Source of the DNA: Eledone cirrhosa
Taxonomy: Eukaryota
Assembly: GCA_964016885.1 (NCBI GenBank)
Contig: OZ024744.1
Span: forward strand, 134,044,001 to 134,108,000
Length of the DNA: 64,000 bases
Direction: 5' to 3'
The notes under the pieces were generated by a model. The model had not been told where the DNA came from and did no database searches. It saw nothing but the letters and a program-made list of their open reading frames with translations. The position numbers and the translations under genes were made by a program. Positions 1 through 12,200 of this stretch are shown here, one piece after another. The number at the start of each line of letters is the position of its first letter. Position 1 is the first letter of the stretch.

Positions 1-3000
1 TTAAGTCGGGGTTAAGTTAAGTTGGGGTTAAGTTAAGTTGGGGTTAAGTTAAGTCGGGGTTAAGTTAAGTTGGGGTTAAGTTAAGTTGGGGTTAATTTAA
101 GTTGGGGTTAAGTTAAGTTGGTGTTAAGTTAAGTTGGGGTTAAGTTAAGATGGGGTTAATTTAAGTTGGGGTTAAGTTAAGTTGAGGTTAAGTTAAGTTG
201 GGGTTAAGTTAAGTTGGGGTTAAGTTAAGTTGGGGTTAAGTCAAGTTGGGGTTAAGTTAAGTTGGGGATAAGTTAAGTTGGGGATAATTTAAGTTGGGTT
301 TAAGTTAAGTTGGGGTTAAGTTAAGTTGGGGTTAATTTAAGTTGGGGTTTATTTAAGTTGGGGTTACGTTAAGTTGGTGTTAAGTTAAGTTGGGGTTAAT
401 TTAAGTTGGGGTTAATTAAGTTGGGGTTAAGTTAAGTTGGGGTTAAGTTAAGTTGGGGTTAATTTAAGTTGGGGTTGAGTTAAGTTGGGGTTAAGTTAAG
501 TTGGGGTTATATTAAGTTGGGGTTAAGTTAAGTTGGGGTTCAGTTAAGTTGGGTATAAGTTAAGTTGGGGTTAAGTTAAGTTGGGGTTAAGTTAAGTTGG
601 GGTTAAGTTAAGTTGGTGTTAAGTTAAGTTGGGGCTAAGTTAAATTGGGGCTGAGTTAAGTTGGGGCTGAGTTAAGTTGGGGTTAAGTTAAGTTGGGGTC
701 AAGTTAAGTTGGGGTTAATTTGGGGTTAAGTTAATTTGTGGTTAAGTTAAGTTGGGGTTAAGTTAAGTTGGGGTTAAGTTAAGTTGGGGTTAAGTTAAGT
801 CGGGGTTAAGTTAAGTTGGGGTTAAGTTAAGTTGGGGTTAATTTAAGTTGGGGTTAAGTTAAGTTGGGGTCAAGTTAAGTTGGGGTTAAGTTGGGGTTAA
901 GTTAAGTTAGGTTTAAGTTAAGTTGGGGTTAAGTTAAGTTGGGGTTAAGTTAAGTTGGGGTTAAGTTAAGTTGGGGTTAAGTTAATTTGTGGTTAAGTTA
1001 AGTTGGGGTTAAGTTAAGTTGGGGTTAAGTTAAGTTGGGGTTAAGTTAAGTCGGGGTTAAGTTAAGTTGGGGTTAAGTTAAGTTGGGGTTAATTTAAGTT
1101 GGGGTTAAGTTAAGTTGGGGTTAAGTTAAGTTGGGGTTAAATTAAGTTGGGGTTAAGTTAAGTTGGGGTTAAGTCAAGTTGGGGTTAAGTTAAGTTGGGG
1201 ATAAGTTAAGTTGGGGATAATTTAAGTTGGGGTTAAGTTAAGTTGGGTTTAAGTTAAGTTGGGGTTAAGTTAAGTTGGGGTTAAGTTAAGTTGGGGTTAA
1301 GTTAAGTTGGGGTTAAGTTAAGTTAGGGGTTAAGTTAAGTTGGGGCTAAGTTAAGTTGGGGCTGAGTTAAGTTGGGGTTAAGTTAAGTTGGGCTTAATTT
1401 AAGTCGGGGTCAAGTTAAGTTAGGGTTCAGTTAAGTTGGGGTTAAGTTAAGTTGGGGTTAAGTTAAGTTGGGGTTAAGTTAAGTCGGGGTTAAGTTAAGT
1501 TGGGGTTAAGTTAAGTTGGGGTTAAGTTAAGTCGGGGTTAAGTTAAGTTGGGGTTAAGTTAAGTTGGGGTTAATTTAAGTTGGGGTTAAGTTAAGTTGGG
1601 GTTAAGTTAAGTTGGGGTTAAGTTAAGATGGGGTTAATTTAAGTTGGGGTTAAGTTAAGTTGAGGTTAAGTTAAGTTGGGGTTAAATTAAGTTGGGGTTA
1701 AGTTAAGTTGGGGTTAAGTCAAGTTGGGGTTAAGTTAAGTTGGGGATAAGTTAAGTTGGGGATAATTTAAGTTGGGTTTAAGTTAAGTTGGGGTTAAGTT
1801 AAGTTGGGGTTAAGTTAAGTTGGGGTTAAGTTAAGTTGGGGTTAATTTAAGTTGGGGCTAAGTTAAGTTGGGGTTAAGTTAAGATGGGGTTAATTTAAGT
1901 TGGGGTTAAGTTAAGTTGAGGTTAAGTTAAGTTGGGGTTAAATTAAGTTGGGGTTAAGTTAAGTTGGGGTTAAGTCAAGTTGGGGTTAAGTTAAGTTGGG
2001 GATAAGTTAAGTTGGGGATAATTTAAGTTGGGTTTAAGTTAAGTTGGGGTTAAGTTAAGTTGGGGTTAAGTTAAGTTGGGGTTAAGTTAAGTTGGGGTTA
2101 ATTTAAGTTGGGGCTAAGTTAAGTTGGGACTGAGTTAAGTTGGGGTTAAGTTAAGTTGGGGTTAAGTTAAGTTGGGGTTAAGTTAAGTTGGAGTTTATTT
2201 AAGTTGGGCTTAAGTTAAGTTGGGGTTCAGTTAAGTTGGGGTTAAGTTAAGTTGGGGTTTATTTAAGTTGGGGCTAAGTTAAGTTGGGACTGAGTTAAGT
2301 TGGGGTTAAGTTAAGTTGGGGTTAAGTTAAGTTGGGGTTAAGTTAAGTTGGAGTTTATTTAAGTTGGGCTTAAGTTAAGTTGGGGTTCAGTTAAGTTGGG
2401 GTTAAGTTAAGTTGGGGTTAAGATGGGGTTAAATTAAGTTGGGGTTAAGTTAAGTTGGGGTTAATTTAAGTTGGGGTTAAGTTAAGTTGGGGTTAAGTTA
2501 AGTCGGGGTTAAGTTAAGTCGGGGTTAAGTTAAGTTAGGGTTCAGTTAAGTTGGGGTTAAGTTAAGTTGGGGTTGAGTTAAGTTGGGGTTGAGTTAAATT
2601 GGGGTTGAGTTAAGTTGGGGTTGAGTTAAGTTGGTGTTGAGTTAAGTTGGGGTTAAGTTAAGTTGGGGTTAAGTTAATTTGTGGTTAAGTTAAGTTGGGG
2701 TTAAGTTAAGTTGGGGTTAAGTTAAGTTGGGGTTAAGTTAAGTCGGGGTTAAGTTAAGTTGGGGTTGAGTTAAGTTGGGGTTAATTTAAGTTGGGGTTAA
2801 GTTAAGTTGGGGTTAAGTTAAGTTGGGGTTAAGTTAAGTTGGGGTTAAGTTAAGTTGGGGTTAAGTTAAGTTGGGGTTAAGTTAAGTTGGGGTTAAATTA
2901 AGTTGGGGTTAAGTTAAGTTGGGGTTAAGTTAAGTTGGGGTTAAGTTAAGTTGGGGATAAGTTAAGTTGGGGATAATTTAAGTTGGGGTTAAGTTAAGTT

Positions 3001-6000
3001 GGGTTTAAGTTAAGTTGGGGTTAATTTAAGTTGGGGTTAAGTTAAGTTGGGGTCAAGTTAAGTTGGGGTTAAGTTGGGGTTAAGTTAAGTTAGGTTTAAG
3101 TTAAGTTGGGGTTAAGTTAAGTTGGGGTTAAGTTAAGTTGGGGTTAAGTTAAGTTGGGGTTAAGTTAATTTGTGGTTAAGTTAAGTTGGGGTTAAGTTAA
3201 GTTGGGGTTAAGTTAAGTTGGGGTTAAGTTAAGTCGGGGTTAAGTTAAGTTGGGGTTAAGTTAAGTTGGGGTTAATTTAAGTTGGGGTTAAGTTAAGTTG
3301 GGGTTAAGTTAAGTTGGGGTTAAATTAAGTTGGGGTTAAGTTAAGTTGGGGTTAAGTCAAGTTGGGGTTAAGTTAAGTTGGGGATAAGTTAAGTTGGGGA
3401 TAATTTAAGTTGGGGTTAAGTTAAGTTGGGTTTAAGTTAAGTTGGGGTTAAGTTAAGTTGGGGTTAAGTTAAGTTGGGGTTAAGGTAAGTTGGGGTTAAG
3501 TTAAGTTGGGGTTAAGTTAAGTTGGGGTTAAGTTAAGTTGGGGTTAAGTCAAGTCGGGGTTAAGTTAAGTTGGGGTTAAGTTAAGTTGGGGTTAAGTTAA
3601 GTCGGGGTTAAGTTAAGTTGGGGTTAAGTTAAGTTGGGGTTAATTTAAGTTGGGGTTAAGTTAAGTTGGGGTTAAGTTAAGTTGGGGTTAAGTTAAGATG
3701 GGGTTAATTTAAGTTGGGGTTAAGTTAAGTTGAGGTTAAGTTAAGTTGGGGTTAAATTAAGTTGGGGTTAAGTTAAGTTGGGGTTAAGTCAAGTTGGGGT
3801 TAAGTTAAGTTGGGGATAAGTTAAGTTGGGGATAATTTAAGTTGGGTTTAAGTTAAGTTGGGGTTAAGTTAAGTTGGGGTTAATTTAAGTTGGGGTTTAT
3901 TTAAGTTGGGGTTACGTTAAGTTGGTGTTAAGTTAAGTTGGGGTTAATTTAAGTTGGGGTTAATTAAGTTGGGGTTAAGTTAAGTTGGGGTTAAGTTAAG
4001 TTGGGGTTAATTTAAGTTGGGGTTGAGTTAAGTTGGGGTTAAGTTAAGTTGGGGTTATATTAAGTTGGGGTTAAGTTAAGTTGGGGTTCAGTTAAGTTGG
4101 GTATAAGTTAAGTTGGGGTTAAGTTAAGTTGGGGTTAAGTTAAGTTGGGGTTAAGTTAAGTTGGTGTTAAGTTAAGTTGGGGCTAAGTTAAATTGGGGCT
4201 GAGTTAAGTTGGGGCTGAGTTAAGTTGGGGTTAAGTTAAGTTGGGGTCAAGTTAAGTTGGGGTTAAGTTGGGGTTAAGTTAATTTGTGGTTAAGTTAAGT
4301 TGGGGTTAAGTTAAGTTGGGGTTAAGTTAAGTTGGGGTTAAGTTAAGTCGGGGTTAAGTTAAGTTGGGGTTAAGTTAAGTTGGGGTTAATTTAAGTTGGG
4401 GTTAAGTTAAGTTAGGGTCAAGTTAAGTTGGGGTTAAGTTGGGGTTAAGTTAAGTTAGGTTTAAGTTAAGTTGGGGTTAAGTTAAGTTGGGGTTAAGTTA
4501 AGTTGGGGTTAAGTTAAGTTGGGGTTAAGTTAATTTGTGGTTAAGTTAAGTTGGGGTTAAGTTAAGTTGGGGTTAAGTTAAGTTGGGGTTAAGTTAAGTC
4601 GGGGTTAAGTTAAGTTGGGGTTAAGTTAAGTTGGGGTTAATTTAAGTTGGGGTTAAGTTAAGTTGGGGTTAAGTTAAGTTGGGGTTAAATTAAGTTGGGG
4701 TTAAGTTAAGTTGGGGTTAAGTCAAGTTGGGGTTAAGTTAAGTTGGGGATAAGTTAAGTTGGGGATAATTTAAGTTGGGGTTAAGTTAAGTTGGGTTTAA
4801 GTTAAGTTGGGGTTAAGTTAAGTTGGGGTTAAGTTAAGTTGGGGTTAAGTTAAGTTGGGGTTAAGTTAAGTTGGGGTTAAGTTAAGTTGGGGCTAAGTTA
4901 AGTTGGGGCTGAGTTAAGTTGGGGTTAAGTTAAGTTGGGCTTAATTTAAGTCGGGGTCAAGTTAAGTTAGGGTTCAGTTAAGTTGGGGTTAAGTTAAGTT
5001 GGGGTTAAGTTAAGTTGGGGTTAAGTTAAGTCGGGGTTAAGTTAAGTTGGGGTTAAGTTAAGTTGGGGTTAAGTTAAGTCGGGATTAAGTTAAGTTGGGG
5101 TTAAGTTAAGTTGGGGTTAATTTAAGTTGGGGTTAAGTTAAGTTGGGGTTAAGTTAAGTTGGGGTTAAGTTAAGATGGGGTTAATTTAAGTTGGGGTTAA
5201 GTTAAGTTGAGGTTAAGTTAAGTTGGGGTTAAATTAAGTTGGGGTTAAGTTAAGTTGGGGTTAAGTCAAGTTGGGCTTAAGTTAAGTTGGGGATAAGTTA
5301 AGTTGGGGATAATTTAAGTTGGGTTTAAGTTAAGTTGGGGTTAAGTTAAGTTGGGGTTAAGTTAAGTTGGGGTTAAGTTAAGTTGGGGTTAATTTAAGTT
5401 GGGGCTAAGTTAAGTTGGGACTGAGTTAAGTTGGGGTTAAGTTAAGTTGGGGTTAAGTTAAGTTGGGGTTAAGTTAAGTTGGAGTTTATTTAAGTTGGGG
5501 TTAAGTTAAGTTGGGGTTCAGTTAAGTTGGGGTTAAGTTAAGTTGGGGTTAAGATGGGGTTAAATTAAGTTGGGGTTAAGTTAAGTTGGGGTTAATTTAA
5601 GTTGGGGTTAAGTTAAGTTGGGGTTAAGTTAAGTCGGGGTTAAGTTAAGTCGGGGTTAAGTTAAGTTAGGGTTCAGTTAAGTTGGGGTTAAGTTAAGTTG
5701 GGGTTGAGTTAAGTTGGGGTTGAGTTAAATTGGGGTTGAGTTAAGTTGGGGTTGAGTTAAGTTGGTGTTGAGTTAAGTTGGGGTTAAGTTAAGTTGGGGT
5801 TAAGTTAATTTGTGGTTAAGTTAAGTTGGGGTTAAGTTAAGTTGGGGTTAAGTTAAGTTGGGGTTAAGTTAAGTCGGGGTTAAGTTAAGTTGGGGTTGAG
5901 TTAAGTTGGGGTTAATTTAAGTTGGGGTTAAGTTAAGTTGGGGTTAAGTTAAGTTGGGGTTAAGTTAAGTTGGGGTTAAGTTAAGTTGGGGTTAAGTTAA

Positions 6001-6720
6001 GTTGGGGTTAAGTTAAGTTGGGGTTAAGTTAAGTTGGGGTTAAGTTAAGTTGGGGTTAAGTTAAGTTGGGGATAAGTTAAGTTGGGGATAATTTAAGTTG
6101 GGGTTAAGTTAAGTTGGGTTTAAGTTAAGTTGGGGTTAAGTTAAGTTGGGGATAAGTTAAGTTGGGGTTAAGTTAAGTTGGGGTTAAGTTAAGTTGGGGT
6201 TAAGTTAAGTTGGGGCTAAGTTAAGTTGGGGCTGAGTTAAGTTGGGGTTAAGTTAAGTTGGGGTTAAGTTAAGTTGGGGTTAATTTAAGTTGGGGTTTAT
6301 TTAAGTTGGGGTTACGTTAAGTTGGTGTTAAGTTAAGTTGGGGTTAATTTAAGTTGGGGTTAATTAAGTTGGGGTTAAGTTAAGTTGGGGTTAAGTTAAG
6401 TTGGGGTTAATTTAAGTTGGGGTTGAGTTAAGTTGGGGTTAAGTTAAGTTGGGGTTATATTAAGTTGGGGTTAAGTTAAGTTGGGGTTCAGTTAAGTTGG
6501 GTATAAGTTAAGTTGGGGTTAAGTTAAGTTGGGGTTAAGTTAAGTTGGTGTTAAGTTAAGTTGGGGCTAAGTTAAGTTGGGGCTGAGTTAAGTTGGGGCT
6601 GAGTTAAGTTGGGGTTAAGTTAAGTTGGGGTCAAGTTAAGTTGGGGTTAAGTTGGGGTTAAGTTAAGTTAGGTTTACGCTAAGATGGGGTTAAGTTAAGT
6701 TGGGGTTAAGTTAAGTTGGG
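1..6720 (+). repeat. Large duplicated segment, copy 1 (partner about 9220-15745)
   Basis: Shared markers: TTACGT 364/9581, 17-bp TTAGGGG unit 1323/10524, TCGGGA 5081/14106, ACGCTAAGAT 6676/15701. The offset steps 9217, 9201, 9041, 9025. Confidence 0.85.
3890..6290 (+). repeat. Representative higher-order repeat unit, about 2.4 kb (about 150 monomers), defined by an ordered series of variant monomers
   Basis: The TTTATT..TTACGT..GGTG marker recurs at 3912/6312 (2400 bp), 12937/15337 (2400 bp) and 17433/19865 (2432 bp). The GGGACTGAG marker recurs at 5420/7868 and at 18941/21421/23933/26380 (2447-2512 bp). Confidence 0.8.
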
Positions 6721-9219
6721 GTTAAGTTAATTTGTGGTTAAGTTAAGTTGGGGTTAAGTTAAGTTGGGGTTAAGTTAAGTTGGGGTTAAGTTAAATCGGG
6801 GTTAAGTTAAGTTGGGGTTAATTTAAGTTGGGGTTAATTTAAGTTGGGGTTAAGTTAAGTTGGGGTCAAGTTAAGTTGGGGTTAAGTTGGGGTTAAGTTA
6901 AGTTAGGTTTAAGTTAAGTTGGGGTTAAGTTAAGTTGGGGTTAAGTTAAGTTGGGGTTAAGTTAAGTTGGGGTTAAGTTAAGTTGGGGTTAAGTTAATTT
7001 GTGGTTAAGTTAAGTTGGGGTTAAGTTAAGTTGGGGTTAAGTTAAGTTGGGGTTAAGTTAAGTCGGGGTTAAGTTAAGTTGGGGTTAAGTTAAGTTGGGG
7101 TTAATTTAAGTTGGGGTTAAGTTAAGTTGGGGTTAAGTTAAGTTGGGGTTAAATTAAGTTGGGGTTAAGTTAAGTTGGGGTTAAGTCAAGTTGGGGTTAA
7201 GTTAAGTTGGGGATAAGTTAAGTTGGGGATAATTTAAGTTGGGGTTAAGTTAAGTTGGGTTTAAGTTAAGTTGGGGTTAAGTTAAGTTGGGGTTAAGTTA
7301 AGTTGGGGTTAAGTTAAGTTGGGGTTAAGTTAAGTTGGGGCTAAGTTAAGTTGGGGCTGAGTTAAGTTGGGGTTAAGTTAAGTTGGGCTTAATTTAAGTC
7401 GGGGTTAAGTTAAGTTAGGGTTCAGTTAAGTTGGGGTTAAGTTAAGTTGGGGTTAAGTTAAGTTGGGGTTAAGTTAAGTCGGGGTTAAGTTAAGTTGGGG
7501 TTAAGTTAAGTTGGGGTTAAGTTAAGTCGGGGTTAAGTTAAGTTGGGGTTAAGTTAAGTTGGGGTTAATTTAAGTTGGGGTTAAGTTAAGTTGGGGTTAA
7601 GTTAAGTTGGGGTTAAGTTAAGATGGGGTTAATTTAAGTTGGGGTTAAGTTAAGTTGAGGTTAAGTTAAGTTGGGGTTAAATTAAGTTGGGGTTAAGTTA
7701 AGTTGGGGTTAAGTCAAGTTGGGGTTAAGTTAAGTTGGGGATAAGTTAAGTTGGGGATAATTTAAGTTGGGTTTAAGTTAAGTTGGGGTTAAGTTAAGTT
7801 GGGGTTAAGTTAAGTTGGGGTTAAGTTAAGTTGGGGTTAATTTAAGTTGGGGCTAAGTTAAGTTGGGACTGAGTTAAGTTGGGGTTAAGTTAAGTTGGGG
7901 TTAAGTTAAGTTGGGGTTAAGTTAAGTTGGAGTTTATTTAAGTTGGGGTTAAGTTAAGTTGGGGTTCAGTTAAGTTGGGGTTAAGTTAAGTTGGGGTTAA
8001 GATGGGGTTAAATTAAGTTGGGGTTAAGTTAAGTTGGTGTTAAGTTAAGTTGGGGTTAATTTAAGTTGGGGTTAATTAAGTTGGGGTTAAGTTAAGTTGG
8101 GGTTAAGTTAAGTTGGGGTTAATTTAAGTTGGGGTTGAGTTAAGTTGGGGTTAAGTTAAGTTGGGGTTATATTAAGTTGGGGTTAAGTTAAGTTGGTGTT
8201 AAGTTAAGTTGGGGCTAAGTTAAATTGGGGCTGAGTTAAGTTGGGGCTGAGTTAAGTTGGGGTTAAGTTAAGTTGGGGCCAAGTTAAGTTGGGGTTAAGT
8301 TGGGGTTAAGTTAAGTTAGGTTTAAGTTAAGATGGGGTTAAGTTAAGTTGGGGTTAAGTTAAGTTGGGGTTAAGTTAAGTTGGGGTTAAGTTAAGTCGGG
8401 GTTAAGTTAAGTTGGGGTTAAGTTAAGTTGGGGTTAATTTAAGTTGGGGTTAAGTTGGGGTTAAGTTAAGTTAGGTTTAAGTTAAGTTGGGGTTAAGTTA
8501 AGTTGGGGTTAAGTTAAGTTGGGGTTAAGTTAAGTTGGGGTTAAGTTAATTTGTGGTTAAGTTAAGTTGGGGTTAAGTTAAGTTGGGGTTAAGTTAAGTT
8601 GGGGTTAAGTTAAGTCGGGGTTAAGTTAAGTTGGGGTTAAGTTAAGTTGGGGTTAATTTAAGTTGGGGTTAAGTTAAGTTGGGGTTAAGTTAAGTTGGGG
8701 ATAATTTAAGTTGGGGTTAAGTTAAGTTGGGTTTAAGTTAAGTTGGGGTTAAGTTAAGTTGGGGTTAAGTTAAGTTGGGGTTAAGGTAAGTTGGGGTTAA
8801 GTTAAGTTGGGGTTAAGTTAAGTTGGGGTTAAGTTAAGTTGGGGTTAAGTTAAGTCGGGGTTAAGTTAAGTTGGGGTTAAGTTAAGTTGGGGTTAAGTTA
8901 AGTCGGCGTTAAGTTAAGTTGGGGTTAAGTTAAGTTGGGGTTAAGTTAAGTTGGGGTTAAGTTAAGTTGGGGTTAAGTTAAGTCGGGGTTAAGTTAAGTT
9001 GGGGTTAAGTTAAGTTGGGGTTAATTTAAGTTGGGGTTAAGTTAAGTTGGGGTTAAGTTAAGTTGGGGATAATTTAAGTTGGGGTTAAGTTAAGTTGGGT
9101 TTAAGTTAAGTTGGGGTTAAGTTAAGTTGGGGTTAAGTTAAGTTGGGGTTAAGGTAAGTTGGGGTTAAGTTAAGTTGGGGTTAAGTTAAGTTGGGGTTAA
9201 GTTAAGTTGGGGTTAAGTT

Positions 9220-12200
9220 AAGTCGGGGTTAAGTTAAGTTGGGGTTAAGTTAAGTTGGGGTTAAGTTAAGTCGGGGTTAAGTTAAGTTGGGGTTAAGTTA
9301 AGTTGGGGTTAATTTAAGTTGGGGTTAAGTTAAGTTGGTGTTAAGTTAAGTTGGGGTTAAGTTAAGATGGGGTTAATTTAAGTTGGGGTTAAGTTAAGTT
9401 GAGGTTAAGTTAAGTTGGGGTTAAATTAAGTTGGGGTTAAGTTAAGTTGGGGTTAAGTCAAGTTGGGGTTAAGTTAAGTTGGGGATAAGTTAAGTTGGGG
9501 ATAATTTAAGTTGGGTTTAAGTTAAGTTGGGGTTAAGTTAAGTTGGGGTTAATTTAAGTTGGGGTTTATTTAAGTTGGGGTTACGTTAAGTTGGTGTTAA
9601 GTTAAGTTGGGGTTAATTTAAGTTGGGGTTAATTAAGTTGGGGTTAAGTTAAGTTGGGGTTAAGTTAAGTTGGGGTTAATTTAAGTTGGGGTTGAGTTAA
9701 GTTGGGGTTAAGTTAAGTTGGGGTTATATTAAGTTGGGGTTAAGTTAAGTTGGGGTTCAGTTAAGTTGGGTATAAGTTAAGTTGGGGTTAAGTTAAGTTG
9801 GGGTTAAGTTAAGTTGGGGTTAAGTTAAGTTGGTGTTAAGTTAAGTTGGGGCTAAGTTAAATTGGGGCTGAGTTAAGTTGGGGCTGAGTTAAGTTGGGGT
9901 TAAGTTAAGTTGGGGTCAAGTTAAGTTGGGGTTAATTTGGGGTTAAGTTAATTTGTGGTTAAGTTAAGTTGGGGTTAAGTTAAGTTGGGGTTAAGTTAAG
10001 TTGGGGTTAAGTTAAGTCGGGGTTAAGTTAAGTTGGGGTTAAGTTAAGTTGGGGTTAATTTAAGTTGGGGTTAAGTTAAGTTGGGGTCAAGTTAAGTTGG
10101 GGTTAAGTTGGGGTTAAGTTAAGTTAGGTTTAAGTTAAGTTGGGGTTAAGTTAAGTTGGGGTTAAGTTAAGTTGGGGTTAAGTTAAGTTGGGGTTAAGTT
10201 AATTTGTGGTTAAGTTAAGTTGGGGTTAAGTTAAGTTGGGGTTAAGTTAAGTTGGGGTTAAGTTAAGTCGGGGTTAAGTTAAGTTGGGGTTAAGTTAAGT
10301 TGGGGTTAATTTAAGTTGGGGTTAAGTTAAGTTGGGGTTAAGTTAAGTTGGGGTTAAATTAAGTTGGGGTTAAGTTAAGTTGGGGTTAAGTCAAGTTGGG
10401 GTTAAGTTAAGTTGGGGATAAGTTAAGTTGGGGATAATTTAAGTTGGGGTTAAGTTAAGTTGGGTTTAAGTTAAGTTGGGGTTAAGTTAAGTTGGGGTTA
10501 AGTTAAGTTGGGGTTAAGTTAAGTTAGGGGTTAAGTTAAGTTGGGGCTAAGTTAAGTTGGGGCTGAGTTAAGTTGGGGTTAAGTTAAGTTGGGCTTAATT
10601 TAAGTCGGGGTCAAGTTAAGTTAGGGTTCAGTTAAGTTGGGGTTAAGTTAAGTTGGGGTTAAGTTAAGTTGGGGTTAAGTTAAGTCGGGGTTAAGTTAAG
10701 TTGGGGTTAAGTTAAGTTGGGGTTAAGTTAAGTCGGGGTTAAGTTAAGTTGGGGTTAAGTTAAGTTGGGGTTAATTTAAGTTGGGGTTAAGTTAAGTTGG
10801 GGTTAAGTTAAGTTGGGGTTAAGTTAAGATGGGGTTAATTTAAGTTGGGGTTAAGTTAAGTTGAGGTTAAGTTAAGTTGGGGTTAAATTAAGTTGGGGTT
10901 AAGTTAAGTTGGGGTTAAGTCAAGTTGGGGTTAAGTTAAGTTGGGGATAAGTTAAGTTGGGGATAATTTAAGTTGGGTTTAAGTTAAGTTGGGGTTAAGT
11001 TAAGTTGGGGTTAAGTTAAGTTGGGGTTAAGTTAAGTTGGGGTTAATTTAAGTTGGGGCTAAGTTAAGTTGGGGTTAAGTTAAGATGGGGTTAATTTAAG
11101 TTGGGGTTAAGTTAAGTTGAGGTTAAGTTAAGTTGGGGTTAAATTAAGTTGGGGTTAAGTTAAGTTGGGGTTAAGTCAAGTTGGGGTTAAGTTAAGTTGG
11201 GGATAAGTTAAGTTGGGGATAATTTAAGTTGGGTTTAAGTTAAGTTGGGGTTAAGTTAAGTTGGGGTTAAGTTAAGTTGGGGTTAAGTTAAGTTGGGGTT
11301 AATTTAAGTTGGGGCTAAGTTAAGTTGGGACTGAGTTAAGTTGGGGTTAAGTTAAGTTGGGGTTAAGTTAAGTTGGGGTTAAGTTAAGTTGGAGTTTATT
11401 TAAGTTGGGCTTAAGTTAAGTTGGGGTTCAGTTAAGTTGGGGTTAAGTTAAGTTGGGGTTAAGATGGGGTTAAATTAAGTTGGGGTTAAGTTAAGTTGGG
11501 GTTAATTTAAGTTGGGGTTAAGTTAAGTTGGGGTTAAGTTAAGTCGGGGTTAAGTTAAGTCGGGGTTAAGTTAAGTTAGGGTTCAGTTAAGTTGGGGTTA
11601 AGTTAAGTTGGGGTTGAGTTAAGTTGGGGTTGAGTTAAATTGGGGTTGAGTTAAGTTGGGGTTGAGTTAAGTTGGTGTTGAGTTAAGTTGGGGTTAAGTT
11701 AAGTTGGGGTTAAGTTAATTTGTGGTTAAGTTAAGTTGGGGTTAAGTTAAGTTGGGGTTAAGTTAAGTTGGGGTTAAGTTAAGTCGGGGTTAAGTTAAGT
11801 TGGGGTTGAGTTAAGTTGGGGTTAATTTAAGTTGGGGTTAAGTTAAGTTGGGGTTAAGTTAAGTTGGGGTTAAGTTAAGTTGGGGTTAAGTTAAGTTGGG
11901 GTTAAGTTAAGTTGGGGTTAAGTTAAGTTGGGGTTAAGTTAAGTTGGGGTTAAGTTAAGTTGGGGTTAAGTTAAGTTGGGGATAAGTTAAGTTGGGGATA
12001 ATTTAAGTTGGGGTTAAGTTAAGTTGGGTTTAAGTTAAGTTGGGGTTAATTTAAGTTGGGGTTAAGTTAAGTTGGGGTCAAGTTAAGTTGGGGTTAAGTT
12101 GGGGTTAAGTTAAGTTAGGTTTAAGTTAAGTTGGGGTTAAGTTAAGTTGGGGTTAAGTTAAGTTGGGGTTAAGTTAAGTTGGGGTTAAGTTAATTTGTGG

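Noticed and set aside
1420-1431. Canonical TTAGGG/TTAGG telomere repeats (TTAGGGTTCAG and TTAGGT variants)
   Set aside because: These are isolated substitution variants of TTGGGG at fixed positions in the higher-order cycle and never occur in tandem.
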